Shown: positions 50,189 to 60,930, counted from the stretch's first letter. The stretch is 64,000 nt of DNA from an uncultured delta proteobacterium (GCA_963696385.1 CAVOKF010000008.1:448001-512000), one strand, 5' to 3'. Made by a program: numbers and translations. Notes: generated by a model from the sequence alone, not told the origin.

Positions 50189-51280
50189 TTAAGAAGCCGC
50201 CAATCGCTTGCGGCGGCCGAAGAGGGCCAACAGGACGCCTAGAATCGCGACCGGAGCGGGCGACATGGGTCCTGGAGCCGCGGAGCACCCTTTTGAACCG
50301 CTCGAGGCGCCGCCGCCTCCCTGGTTCGACGCACCGGATCCGCCCGCCGAAATCGTGTTCGCGGCGGCGCTCGAGGCTCCTGCGGTCGAAACGCTCATCG
50401 AGTTCTGGGTATTGGTCGCGGTAGCGATCGGGTTGCCACTACTGGCACCCCCTGCCCCTGTGTTGGCGCTGCTTGAAACTGCGCTGCTGCTCGAGGCGCT
50501 GCTGGCGGCGCTGCTCGAACCGGATCCGCCCGAACTGCCCGCCCCGCCCTCGGCACTGGATGCACTCGCGTCGACCAGCGCGTTGCCCGGCGCTCCCCCT
50601 TCGGCCGCAAGAATCGTGACCGCCGCGCAATGGTGGTAGAAGAAACTGGGATCCACCGGGTGGTACGACATGAATTGCACCACTTGCAATGTGCAATTGG
50701 TGCAAGGGGTCGCCGGTAAGGTCACAGTCGTCGAATAGGTCTTGGGCGCGCCGGTCGTGGGGACGCCGGCCATACCCTCACACGGATCGCCGGCAATGCA
50801 GTGCGGAAACAGGTTGTCCGCCAACACGACGCCACTGGTGGAAATGGATCCGCCGGTTGCCGTCACGGCCACGGCCGATGCCGTGTCCTTGGTGGCGTCG
50901 GTGTACTCGGTGATGACCGGATCGGGCAGCACTGCGGCCGTGGCGGCCGAAGGCGCGACCGGTGCAAACGCGATTCGAAAATGGCCGCTATGGGCGACCG
51001 CTTCGACCCATGTCACGGTAATTGTCTGGCCAGCCTGAAACGTGGTGACAATGTTGGTCGCCGTGCCGGGTCCGCCGCACGGCGTCGGCTTTTGGGGGTC
51101 GCCGATCGTGTCGATCATCACCTGAAAATCCTTCGGAGTGTCCGGACCTCCGTCGGAGACGAGAATGATGTGAGCCCGGGCTTCACCCGTCGTGAAGAAG
51201 GCAATGAGCCCGAGGAACGCCGCGAGCCCCGGTCCGCGCCACCCAGAGTGCGTGCGGGTCGCGTTGCGTAGTCGATGCAT
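50189..51280 (-). CDS. Secreted LPMO-like (SCE4755-type) protein with MYXO-CTERM sorting tail
   Basis: Signal ending ARA|H, PCGG, AHSGHFRIAF, CTNCTLQVVQFM, YHHCA; tail GCSAAPG...LLALFGRRKR. Confidence 0.75.
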   Translation of the reverse strand: MHRLRNATRTHSGWRGPGLAAFLGLIAFFTTGEARAHIILVSDGGPDTPKDFQVMIDTIGDPQKPTPCGGPGTATNIVTTFQAGQTITVTWVEAVAHSGHFRIAFAPVAPSAATAAVLPDPVITEYTDATKDTASAVAVTATGGSISTSGVVLADNLFPHCIAGDPCEGMAGVPTTGAPKTYSTTVTLPATPCTNCTLQVVQFMSYHPVDPSFFYHHCAAVTILAAEGGAPGNALVDASASSAEGGAGSSGGSGSSSAASSASSSSAVSSSANTGAGGASSGNPIATATNTQNSMSVSTAGASSAAANTISAGGSGASNQGGGGASSGSKGCSAAPGPMSPAPVAILGVLLALFGRRKRLAAS

Positions 51281-51620
51281 TCGAGGACCCTCCTTCTTTC
51301 CGCCCGTGCGGAGAAGCGCGCTCGGCGGGGTAATTCGCGGCTGCAGCGCTTCGGCCCGGCCACGACTCCCCATGACGGTACATGAGCAAGCCCCGCCCGC
51401 CTAGGGCGCGCGCCCAAGACTCGCGCGTCCTTCCCCGCGCGGATGGTCTGCGCGAGAGATTTTGCGACCGTCCGGGAATTTAACCTTGGGCGCAGAAGTC
51501 GCGGCCCTCGTGCGACTTCTGCTCCCTAGGATGCAACGGACCGGCGGGTGGCCATCGTCCCTGCGGAGAACCCACAAGCACGGAGCTCGGCCACCCCCCA
51601 ATCCGGCGCGCCGATGCGTC

Positions 51621-54600
51621 TTACCGCGACGAACCAGTCAGCGTGATCGTCTGGGACCAGCTCGAAGGAGTCGCCGAGCAGAACACTCCGCCCGAAGTCG
51701 GCGCAATCACGAAGTTGGCCGTATCCGCCCAGCTGGTGTGGGCAACGCCGCCGGGTGCGAACACAGTAACGAGGTTGGTACCTCCCGGCCATGTCGCCTC
51801 CACTGTGGTGGCGGGGGAGAGGAAAAAGACTCCCGTGTTGAGACCGGTGAGCGTCGCCTGCAGCGGCCAGTTTCCTGCGTTGTCGATGGTGACGAGTTCG
51901 TCGGACCTGGCTAGGTCCGCGATGGTTCCAAAGGCAAAGGTGGTGGTCGCCAGGTTATTGCTCACGATCACGCCCTGAGCGCCCATAGTGAGGCTCACGG
52001 TAAAGCTGGGTACCGCGACGTTGGCATCCGTGTCGATCGTCACCGTGCCGGAGTACGTGGCGTAGTCGGGCGCCGCAGGCACGGTCTCGGGGATCGCATG
52101 CGGAGTGACTGTGATGACGACCGAGTTGCCGCCGTTGGCTTGCACGTCCACGCCCGGCGCACTCGACGACGACAGGGTGTAGTAGTTGGAATTGCTCACA
52201 CTCCACGACTGGACGTGGAAGTCTTGGTTTCCAGTGTTGGTGATGGTGATGTTCTGCGCGCCCGCCGCGTTCGCGCCGCAGTTGTTGAGGCCGAAGTTGA
52301 GGCTGCCCGGCTGGATGTTCGGCCCGGCTTCGGTGGCGGTGGCTTCCACAGGATACGCGCCGCCATTGGGCAGGGGTGCGCAAAGGGGATCGGTCGTACT
52401 GATGGTGAGGTTGGACTGCACGAGACCGGGCACGCCCCCGTCCGTGATTGCAGGGGGAACGGTCGATGGCGCGGTGAACGTCACCGGAACGTTGACCGAG
52501 CCGCCGGCCGAGGGGACCGATATCGAGGGGGTCACTGTGAAATCGGTGTTACCCGAATGAATCGACAAGCTCGCCGGTCCGGTCGCTGAACTGGCGTTGT
52601 TGACGATTTCGAAATTCCTGAGCCTGCGAAGTGGTGTTGACCGGCGTTGTCCCCAAGTCATACGGGCCGGGAGGGGCGGGCACGAGGGTGATCACGTCCC
52701 CGATCGGCGTTTCGGTCAGGCCAATCACGTGCGGCACGTCGCCCGCAATGTCGGTCGTGACGGTGATCTGGTCCGTGATGTTCGCGAGGGTCGGGACAGG
52801 GATCGTCCCTGGCACGATCGTGACGGTCGTTGCCCCCCCGTTCGCCGCGAGCAGGATGGGCAGAGTGGCGTTGGTCAGGCTGTAGTTGGTACCCGCCGCG
52901 AGGGCAATCGCGGTCAGGTTGACGGGCTCGTTGCCGTTGTTCGTGATGGTCAGCGTTTGCGTCGCTGCCGCCGTGTTGCAATTGGCTTGGAACTGGAACG
53001 CCGTCGCGCTGAACGAGACCCCACCAAGCTCGCCCGTCCCGCTGAGCGGTAGGGGTGCCGGAAGGGGCTGGCATAGAGTGGTTCCGGTGGTCGATATCGC
53101 GATCTGCCCCGAGAACGGACCGTAAGTCGTCGGAGCGAATGTCGCATTGACGGGCTGCACGACGGGCTGCGTGGGGCTGCCCAAAAGCCCGAACGTCGCG
53201 GGGGTCGCGCCGAACGGTGCGGCCGTCGTGAGCGTGACGTTCGCGTTGGCGCTGCCGGAATTGACGACGTTGAACGCCTGGGTCGCGACGTTCGTGACGG
53301 CCGGAACCGACCCGAAGAGGCCGAAGCTGGGCGTGGGCGAGGTGTCGAACGCGAGAATCGCGCCGACCGCCTCGTTGGTCAGGTTGATGGTGTGCGGCGA
53401 ATCGCCGGGGATCGTGGTGGTGACCACCAGCTGAGCCGCGTAGTTGCCTGGAACGGCCGACGTGGGCGGCACCGCGGGAGCAGTGAGGTTCACGACGAGC
53501 GACCCGTTTGCGGGGACGACCGACGCCGTGGTCAAATCCGTCCCATAGCCCGGGTAGCCGCTAGGCACGACCGACGCGATGCCGGCGGGCAAGTTGCCCG
53601 AGTTCGTCAAAGTGAATGTTTGCCCGGCCGGAGCCGCTCCGCCGCAGGGGCTCCCGAGGAAGTCCACAGTCGCCGCGGGCCACCCGGTGACCACGCTATT
53701 GCCGCCCTGGCCGGAGAACGCGATCGAGGTGACGCTCGCGCCGCAGACGGGCGTACCCGCAGCCACGGTAACGGTCGACGTCGCTTGGGAGGGGGTCAGC
53801 GTATCCGGAGTGAACGAGGCCGTCAGATCGATCGTCCCCGTCGTCGCCGCAACGGCGGACGCAGTGGATGGCAAGAGCCCGAATTGGGTATCGGTCGGCT
53901 GCCCGAACGACACACCCGGCGCGGCCATATTGCCCACGTTTTGAAGGGTGAGCGAAATGTTCGTATCCGCCATATTGTTCGGCGCGATGCCGAAGTCGGC
54001 GTCGGTCGGCGAGCCCGTGGCCCACGCGAGCGTCACGCCTGTGGGCGTGACCGATACCGTGACGGGAGTCGACGCGTGTGCAGAATCGTTCGTCGTGACG
54101 GTCAAGGTTGCCGTCAGGGCCGTTCCAGCCGTCGCGGTCGACGGGACGGTCGCCGTGATGGGGATCGACGTGCTGTCGCCTGGACTTACGGTGGTCTGCG
54201 CAAAGCTGCCGAGTGAGAACACCGTGCTCGAACCCAAGCTGGCGTTCACGGTGAGCGGCGCCGTGCCGTGGTTCGCGACTACGAGCATCGTGGCCGTCGT
54301 CGCGGACCCTCCGCAGTTGCCCGCGCCGAGATCGATCTGGGTCGCGCTGAACGACGCACTGGGCGCTCCTGCATCGGCGCTCGCGTCGGGACTCGTCGCG
54401 TCCGCCGTGGCGTCCGGGGTCGTCGCGTCCGTCGTGGCGTCGGGACTCGTCGCGTCCGCCTTGGCGTCGGGGGTCGTCGCGTCCGTCGTCGCGTCCGTCG
54501 TCGCATCCGGGCCCGCATCGGCTTTTTCACCCGTACCGGTGTCGGAGGTCGCGTCCGGACTGGCGTCGCCCACTCCGGTCGTTCCCGTATCGGTGCCCGC

Positions 54601-54915
54601 GTCGGGCGTCCCCGTATCGATGCCCGTATCGGGCGTCACGCCCACGTCTTCGCTCGCATCGGTGGCCCCGTCGGTCGAACCGTCGGGCGTTGCAGAGTCC
54701 GACGCGCCGTCTTTTGCGCCGCCGTCGCTCGCATCGCTGTGCGCATCCGACTCCGCGTCGGTGCTTCCGTCGACGCCGCCATCGGTCGTCGGGCCGGTGC
54801 CGTTGTCGTCGCCGCCGCAGCCTGCCAGAAGGCTACCCCAAGACAGCACAGTCACGATCGGAACGGCTGCGAGGATCGATGTGCCCCGGCCAGCGCCCCC
54901 AAGTCTACGCCTCAT
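51621..54915 (-). CDS. Large lipoprotein with tandem Ig-like (ASH / choice-of-anchor D-like) domains, +1 frameshift near 52613
   Basis: Lipobox LAGC, DAT/DAG repeats, repeated FG...TxTNxGN modules in both ORFs; AAGGAG RBS before ATG 54915. Confidence 0.78.
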
Positions 54916-55375
54916 GATAAGAACTCCTTCGGTTTCGGTTGGCACCGATGCTCGCGCCGTAGCACCGAGTTTGTCCAGTACGGATTTGATGTCGAAGTAC
55001 GAAATACGGATTTCGAGGATGGGTCCGTTATCGTCGTCCGCACGGCCGCGTGTGCGCTTACGGTTCACCCTCCGCAGGAATTTAGTGCGCCTCCCTTCCG
55101 CAGGGACCTAATGGGCTGCACCTGAGTGGGCGGAGGACGACACCCCCATACGTCAAACCAATCGAGGTTCCGGCGAGAGCAGAGACCCATTCCGTTGAAT
55201 CCAAAGCGAACACGGCCGATCGCGGCCGCCGGTGGGGGGGGGACCGGCAGGAAAAAGCGGGTCGGCCCGCCGGCGGACTCGTCGTCCCCCGAGGTCGACG
55301 GCTCGTCGGATCGTCTCGGAGAACACGGATGGGGCCGTTGACGACACCGCCGCCCGACCCCACGATCGACCCGCG

Positions 55376-55555
55376 ATGTCCGCCTGTGCCCTATGCGGAA
55401 AACCCGTCGTCATCCATCCGGACGTCCTCTCGGACGGCCGCCTCGTGCACGCCGATTGCAAGAATCGACAGACTCACGTTCGACCGCGGTCCGACAGTTC
55501 GCTCAAGTCCGATTTGACGCTGCCGCAGCCACGCCCTCGAAAGCAGACGGGGTAG
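55376..55555 (+). CDS. Small putative Zn-binding protein
   Basis: CALC...HADC (CxxC-HxxC), 59 aa. Confidence 0.4.
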   Translation: MSACALCGKPVVIHPDVLSDGRLVHADCKNRQTHVRPRSDSSLKSDLTLPQPRPRKQTG

Positions 55556-55571
55556 CCCAGGGCTAAGCCCG

Positions 55572-55832
55572 CTACGCCTTCCGCATCGGCTCGTCTGACG
55601 TTGCGCCGGGCGCCCCGCGCTGCCCGCGTCGGATGGTACGCGTGATTTCGACGATGCGATCGACGCTCTCGCGCGCATCCTGCAATGCCGCTCGGCTTTC
55701 GTCGTCGACGCGCTCCGACACGAACTCGAGGTTGACCACCAGGGCGGCCGCCGCGTTCACGATTTCGTCGCATCGGTCCACGACATCGAGGTTTCGAGCC
55801 GCGATGACCGCGCTGTCGCGTTTTTCGCCCAT
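55572..55832 (-). CDS. Stand-alone HisKA/DHp-like helical hairpin protein (His absent)
   Basis: CDEIVNAAAALVVNLEFV...LQDARESVDRIVEITRTI. Confidence 0.55.
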   Translation of the reverse strand: MGEKRDSAVIAARNLDVVDRCDEIVNAAAALVVNLEFVSERVDDESRAALQDARESVDRIVEITRTIRRGQRGAPGATSDEPMRKA

Positions 55833-55934
55833 CGGCCGACGGTATCCCCGGCGAACCGCAGCGCAAGATCCTGCGATCCTCGGATCGTGACCACCGTTCC
55901 AAGCGATGGAACGCGCTCCGGCGGAAGCCGCGGT

Positions 55935-56450
55935 CTAGGACGTCACGATCCGCACTCCGCCGGTGGCGATTCGAACGGCGGCCGCCGCCGTGGGCAGCAC
56001 GAGATCGCGCACGGCTCGGCGCAGCGGCGCCGGCTTGCGGGGCAGGGCGAAGACGACCAACTTGTTGTAAACGGCCGCCGTTGCGCGTTCGAGAAGGGTC
56101 TCCACCCCCGCATTCAATTCCTGCTGCATCAGTCGTCGGAACGCCTCGCCGAAACCTTCCAGCCGACGGTCGGCCAAGCCCTCGACGGCTTCGCACGTGT
56201 AGTCTCGGGGCCCCGCGCCGACGCCGCCAATCAAGATCACGACGTCCGCCTCGTTGCTGTTGGCGATGTGGGCCACGAGCTGCTCGATGAATTGCCGCTC
56301 GCGATTGACGGTCACTTTGCGAACGAGAGCGAAGTTCGCCGCAATCATCTCGTCGATGACGATCTGCGCCACATCGTCTTGCACGCTCGCCCGGCCCAGC
56401 GCCACGGTCGCCACGATGGTTCGTAGAGTGCCCGGGATCTTCTCGTCCAT
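55935..56450 (-). CDS. MogA/MoaB family protein
   Basis: DVVILIGGVGAGPRDYTCEA, LEGFGEAFR, VFALP. Confidence 0.8.
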   Translation of the reverse strand: MDEKIPGTLRTIVATVALGRASVQDDVAQIVIDEMIAANFALVRKVTVNRERQFIEQLVAHIANSNEADVVILIGGVGAGPRDYTCEAVEGLADRRLEGFGEAFRRLMQQELNAGVETLLERATAAVYNKLVVFALPRKPAPLRRAVRDLVLPTAAAAVRIATGGVRIVTS

Positions 56451-56559
56451 CTTGAGACTCGCGCGTTTGGGGCCGTCGGACCCTTTGCGAATAGCAGAAT
56501 CTCGCCGTGGAGCACGACTTGCGCCATGGCGATGGTCCGCGGGCTCGCTTGTCCGTTCA

Positions 56560-57909
56560 TCAGGGGTGGGGCGGCGGCCGACCGGGCGGGCGACCCCCCG
56601 CACCGCCAAAGCCACCCATGCCCCCCAAGCTGCCCATACCGTGCGGCGGGGGCGCTTCGCCGATCTTCTGGAGCTCGACTTCGAAGACGAGCATCCCCTG
56701 CGGTCGCTGCGGTTGACCCTTGTACGCGAGCGGCTCGGGGATCCAGATGCGACGCTTCTCGCCCTCGACCATCAATTGCAGCGCCTCGCTCCATCCTGGG
56801 ATGACGCCGCCCACACTGAAGGTCGCGGGCTCGCCGCGAGAGTACGACGAATCGAACATTTTGCCGTCGGTCGTCCAGCCGGCGTACTGCACCGTCACGC
56901 TGTTGGCGCGCGTCGGGTGAACCGTGCCGGTTCCCTTGACGAGCACTTTGGTCGCAAGTCCGTCTTTCTCGAAAATGGCGTCTTTCGGCGGCGCCTTCAC
57001 GTCGGCGGGCGTCTTCGGGCCCGTGAGGATCTCGAGCAACTCGACCACCATGGTGACGTCGCTCGGCGTGACGCCCGGCCGTTGTGCGGGCCCTAGCGAC
57101 GCCGGTACCCAGAACGTGCGTTTCTCACCGACGGTCATCAGTTGCAGGCCTTCGGTCCAGCCCGGCGATACGCCGGTCACAGGTCGCCAGGCCGGCTTGT
57201 CCTTCGAGGCGTCGAGGAGCTTCCCGTCGGTCTGCCAGATCGAGTAGTTCACGTGCACGGCGTCGTTCGGATGCGGGTGAGCCGATCCCGTACCCTTCTG
57301 CGTGACTTTGCTCGCGAGGCCGTCCTTGGTCTTCTCGGCGTCCGCGGGGGCCGCGGCCACGTCGGGCGGCGGCTTCGGGCCCGGCGTGAAGTCGAGCAAT
57401 TCGACGTCGAAAACGAGCATCCCCGCCGGGGCGCCGGGCCTGCCCTTATAGGCGAGCTCCTCGGGGATCCAGAAGCGTCGCTTCTCGCCGACGACCATGA
57501 GCTGAATGCCTTCCGTCCACCCCGCGATGACGCGCCCGAGCGACAGGGTGGCCGGCTCCCCTTTGCGCCCCGGTTGGAGCGGCGCGATCGTGCTGTCGAA
57601 CATCTTTCCCTGGGTGGTCCAGCCCGTGTAGTTCACCTTCACGGAGTCGTTCTGGCTGGGGTGCTCGGTGCCCGTGCCGGGGGAAAGCACTTTGCTCGCG
57701 AGGCCGCTCGCCGTCCTCATCGCGTCGGCGGGCGGCGCGGCGACGTCGGGGGGCGCCGGCAAGCCCGACGCCGCGGCGGGCGCGCCCGCATCGCGAACCC
57801 CGGCATCCGATCCGCCCGCCCGGTGGCTCGTGCACGCGGAACCGGATGCAACTGCCAGGAGGGTCAAAGAGAGGCTGGCCGCGCACCGTGAAGGAGAAAA
57901 GGTCGTCAT
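56560..57909 (-). CDS. Lipoprotein FKBP-type peptidyl-prolyl isomerase with three FKBP domains
   Basis: Three repeats of PPDVAAPP...V.V.Y.GW...FDS...GW.EG.QLM..GEKR.FWIP; lipobox GSAC. Confidence 0.9.
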   Translation of the reverse strand: MTTFSPSRCAASLSLTLLAVASGSACTSHRAGGSDAGVRDAGAPAAASGLPAPPDVAAPPADAMRTASGLASKVLSPGTGTEHPSQNDSVKVNYTGWTTQGKMFDSTIAPLQPGRKGEPATLSLGRVIAGWTEGIQLMVVGEKRRFWIPEELAYKGRPGAPAGMLVFDVELLDFTPGPKPPPDVAAAPADAEKTKDGLASKVTQKGTGSAHPHPNDAVHVNYSIWQTDGKLLDASKDKPAWRPVTGVSPGWTEGLQLMTVGEKRTFWVPASLGPAQRPGVTPSDVTMVVELLEILTGPKTPADVKAPPKDAIFEKDGLATKVLVKGTGTVHPTRANSVTVQYAGWTTDGKMFDSSYSRGEPATFSVGGVIPGWSEALQLMVEGEKRRIWIPEPLAYKGQPQRPQGMLVFEVELQKIGEAPPPHGMGSLGGMGGFGGAGGRPPGRPPPHP

Positions 57910-58248
57910 GATTGTGGGCGGCACCGGAACATGCTTGAGCCGCTCGCACAAGGCCGTAACGAACCCCCCGGGGGCCCCGGGCGATGTTTTCCGAACGATC
58001 CAACCCGCGCATTCGCCGACGCCCGGCCGATCGACAACGACGATCCGCCCACCCGGGATCATCCGACGAAGCGCGCTTTTGTGCGGACGAGGCGTACGTG
58101 CACATCGCTCGCGGGCATGCTCCGCTTCGCTTGCCGCCACCGCCCGGTCGAGGCGTCCTCCCCTCAAAGCCTCCCGCGCGGTGGTGGCGCCTTTTTCGAG
58201 GTCGAGGCCTTCGGGGCCAACGTCCCGACGAGACCCGACCCTAAGGGG

Positions 58249-58563
58249 TCAGGCGACCCACTGTTCGCGGTCGTCGCTGCGGTTCCGATCGCCCGTGGCG
58301 GAACCCTGCGCGTTGCGACCCCGGATCGACTGCACCCAAGTCACGATGTGCCCGATGCTGCAGCGCGCAGAATCGAGAGAGGCTTGCCTCTCCTCCCCCG
58401 GTGTCGCGCCGGCAATGAATTCGACATCGACCGTGAGCGCCGACGCCGCGTCAATGATTCGGTGGCAAAGACGATCCAGGGTCTCGACGGTCGGATCCTT
58501 CGACGACGCCACCGTGCGTACGACTCCGCTCTCGTGTTCCTCCGCATTCCCCTCTTTGTTCAT
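58249..58563 (-). CDS. Stand-alone HisKA/DHp-like protein, paralog of 55572-55832
   Basis: LCHRIIDAASALTVDVEFI...LDSARCSIGHIVTWVQSI; sigma54-like site CGGCCCGGTTGCTGCA at 58576-58591. Confidence 0.5.
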   Translation of the reverse strand: MNKEGNAEEHESGVVRTVASSKDPTVETLDRLCHRIIDAASALTVDVEFIAGATPGEERQASLDSARCSIGHIVTWVQSIRGRNAQGSATGDRNRSDDREQWVA

Positions 58564-58740
58564 GCCAGCCCTAAGTGCAGCAACCGGGCCGAGCAGTTAT
58601 GCTAGAAAATAGCAGCCAACCCGAATTGCGGGTGCAATAATTGCTGTAAGGCGCATGGCTTGCGCCGAGCCCATGCACTTCTTTTGAAAGCCTTCCGCGG
58701 GCCCCCTTCGGCGCGGACGGGGGCGCGCGCCCCTCCAGGG

Positions 58741-58814
58741 TCGGGGCGAGAGGATTTGAACCTCCGACTCCTCGGTCCCGAACCGAGTGCGCTACCAGGC
58801 TGCGCTACGCCCCG
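58741..58814 (-). tRNA. tRNA-Pro(CGG)
   Basis: CGGGGCGTAGCGCAGCCTGGTAGCGCA-CTCGG-TTCGGGA-CCGAG...GGTTCAAATCC...; CCA not encoded. Confidence 0.95.
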
Positions 58815-59087
58815 ATGCCACCGCGTCGCGGTCGCGCTACGGCGAACGCGCGCGGCGGGCCCGCCCTTATGCCGGCCATGGGCTCGCTCGTCAACGCGTT
58901 TTAACGACGCAGAGCGATTCCGCCGGCGAGAGACTTGTCTTATGTCATTGAATATCGATAGAAATTGGCCAACGAAAAGACGCGCCGATGGTCGGCCGAC
59001 TGAGCCGTCTCGTGTTAAGCGTCACTGTAACAGGCGGCTCGGATCCAGGAGGAACGGATTCTCCTGACAACCGACCGATGGAAAACC

Positions 59088-59744
59088 ATGGACAACGCCG
59101 ATAGTTCGCCGAGCGTGCCGGAGTTAGGCCGATCCCTGCCCCCGGAGCTTCCGGCTGTAAAGATCCTCATCGTCGACGACGACAAGGCCATCTGCGAGTA
59201 CATGCAGACGCTGCTCGAACGGGATGGCTTCTACGTCAGGACGCTGACGGATCCCACCGGTGTCGAAGAGGAGGTTCGAAACGGCGGCTACCACCTCATC
59301 ATCTTGGACCTCATGATGCCCAAGCTCGACGGCATCGAAGTTCTGCGCCGGGTGCGCAAGCTCGACACGGACATCGCCGTCGTCATCTTCACGGGCTTTC
59401 CGAACCTCGAGAGCGCCGTCGCATCGATGAAGCTCGACGCCGTCGACTACATCAAGAAACCATTCAACGTCGACGAGTTCCGCGAGGTCATCTCGCGCGT
59501 CATGCGAAAAAAGGGGCTCGCACGAACGCCCGAGGAGCAACTGCACAAGGTGATCGGCGACACGATCCGAAACCTGCGCAAGGAAAAGGACCTGACGCTC
59601 AAGCAGATGTCGCGGCGCACGGCGTTGAGCGTGTCGCTTTTGTCGCAAATCGAACGCGCCGAATCGAGCGCGTCGATCTCGTCGCTCTACAAGATCGCCA
59701 TCGCGCTCGAATCGCGCATTCAGGATCTGTTCGGCGAGTACTGA
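59088..59744 (+). CDS. Response regulator, REC plus XRE HTH (architecture of Myxococcus DigR)
   Basis: ILIVDDD, LDLMMP, FTG, KPF; IRNLRKEKDLTLKQMS...SLLSQIER. Confidence 0.88.
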   Translation: MDNADSSPSVPELGRSLPPELPAVKILIVDDDKAICEYMQTLLERDGFYVRTLTDPTGVEEEVRNGGYHLIILDLMMPKLDGIEVLRRVRKLDTDIAVVIFTGFPNLESAVASMKLDAVDYIKKPFNVDEFREVISRVMRKKGLARTPEEQLHKVIGDTIRNLRKEKDLTLKQMSRRTALSVSLLSQIERAESSASISSLYKIAIALESRIQDLFGEY

Positions 59745-59868
59745 GAGCGGAAAGACCGCGATCCGGGTCGCGCAAAAGCCGCGATCCGCTTTACACGCGC
59801 CTGCTCGCCGCACATACTCGCGCGCCCCAACGCGGTCGATCGGTTCGTGCCGACCGATCGCGAAGGCT

Positions 59869-59942
59869 GCCGGAGTAGCTCAGATGGTTAGAGCGGGCGT
59901 TTCATACGCGCTAGGTCGGGGGTTCGATCCCCTCCTCCGGCA
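59869..59942 (+). tRNA. tRNA-Met(CAT), probably elongator
   Basis: GCCGGAGTAGCTCAGATGGTTAGAGC...TTCATAC...GGTTCGATCCC...CTCCGGCA. Confidence 0.92.
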
Positions 59943-60081
59943 CCGAATTGCGCGATAAAACGGGCATGTCGGTGCGGACTTGGCCCAATTCTTGGCCTGA
60001 ACGAGCTTCTACGAGACCGTGCGGCCGTGGCGAAAAAAACGGCGACGTTCTCGGCCTTGAGTGCCTCGCGCTCGGTGCGGG

Positions 60082-60501
60082 TCATGGCCGTGATGACGCG
60101 AGCTGGCGCAACCGCTCATGCGAGAGACCGAGCAAGGCGCCGGCATCTCGCAAACTGATACGCGCCTTGCCCGTGAGCGCCGCGGCGGCCTGGCGGGTAG
60201 TCTTGCGCAGAGCCGCGTCGGCTCGATCGGCCGCCCTTTGCGTACGCCGGTACTCACTGAGCTTCGCGCGCAGTGCGGGCGGCAGCTTGAAGCGTTCGGA
60301 CAACTCGGCCGACCGCGCAATCGTCTCAGCGTCGGGCCCGAGCACGTCCACGCACGTCGCGAGCGCCTCTCGGATGTAGCGCCGCGCGGCCTCGAGAGAG
60401 CGCCCCCACGTGACGCACCCGCGAACACTTGGGATGGATACGTGCCAGCCCCCTTCGTCCGGTTCGAACGTCACCGCGAATCGTCTCACCTTGTCAGCCA
60501 T
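60082..60501 (-). CDS. hicB: HicB family antitoxin
   Basis: EPDEGGWHVSIPSVRGCVTWGRSLEAARRYIREAL; C-terminal SLRDAGALLGLSHERLRQL HTH. Confidence 0.85.
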   Translation of the reverse strand: MADKVRRFAVTFEPDEGGWHVSIPSVRGCVTWGRSLEAARRYIREALATCVDVLGPDAETIARSAELSERFKLPPALRAKLSEYRRTQRAADRADAALRKTTRQAAAALTGKARISLRDAGALLGLSHERLRQLASSRP

Positions 60502-60690
60502 CCTTTCCCGTAGCAGGGCTCCATGGCTCGCTCGATCGCGTGCAGCGTGCCCTTCTTGATGTCTCCTGGGTGCATGGCGACCGTCGTCGCGCATTCGCCG
60601 CAGGCGCTCACGAAGCGTTTATGGGCCAACTTGCCTCACCTCGACGGCGCCGTTCCGGGTGAGCGCCCGGATGACCTCACGCGCTGTCAA
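60486..60690 (-). pseudogene. hicA: HicA family toxin, frameshifted at the GSH motif
   Basis: LTAREVIRALTRNGAVEVRQVG / HKRF...TTVAMHPGDIKKGTLHAIERAMEPCYGKGWL in two frames; break near 60624. Confidence 0.78.
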
Positions 60691-60930
60691 GGACAGAAGC
60701 GTGTCACCTGGGCAACAATGTGTCAATGCACGTTGACAGAAAGCGCGCCTCCTCGAAAGGCGAGCACGGCGCCGCGAAAGAAGATTCGAGGCGAACCGCT
60801 CACGGACGAAGACCGCGTACGGCTCGCGAGCGACACTCGCAAGCCCGGGCCGGGCGTCACGTTCACCCAAGAGCAGGTGACCGCCCTGCTCGCGGCGCGA
60901 GCACGCTCGCCGGCCGCTCCCCACTCGACC

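Noticed and set aside
49953..50288. DPDLDRD-repeat N-terminal extension of the lipoprotein
   Set aside because: It is a translation of the intergenic hexamer repeat; the signal peptide begins at ATG 49952.
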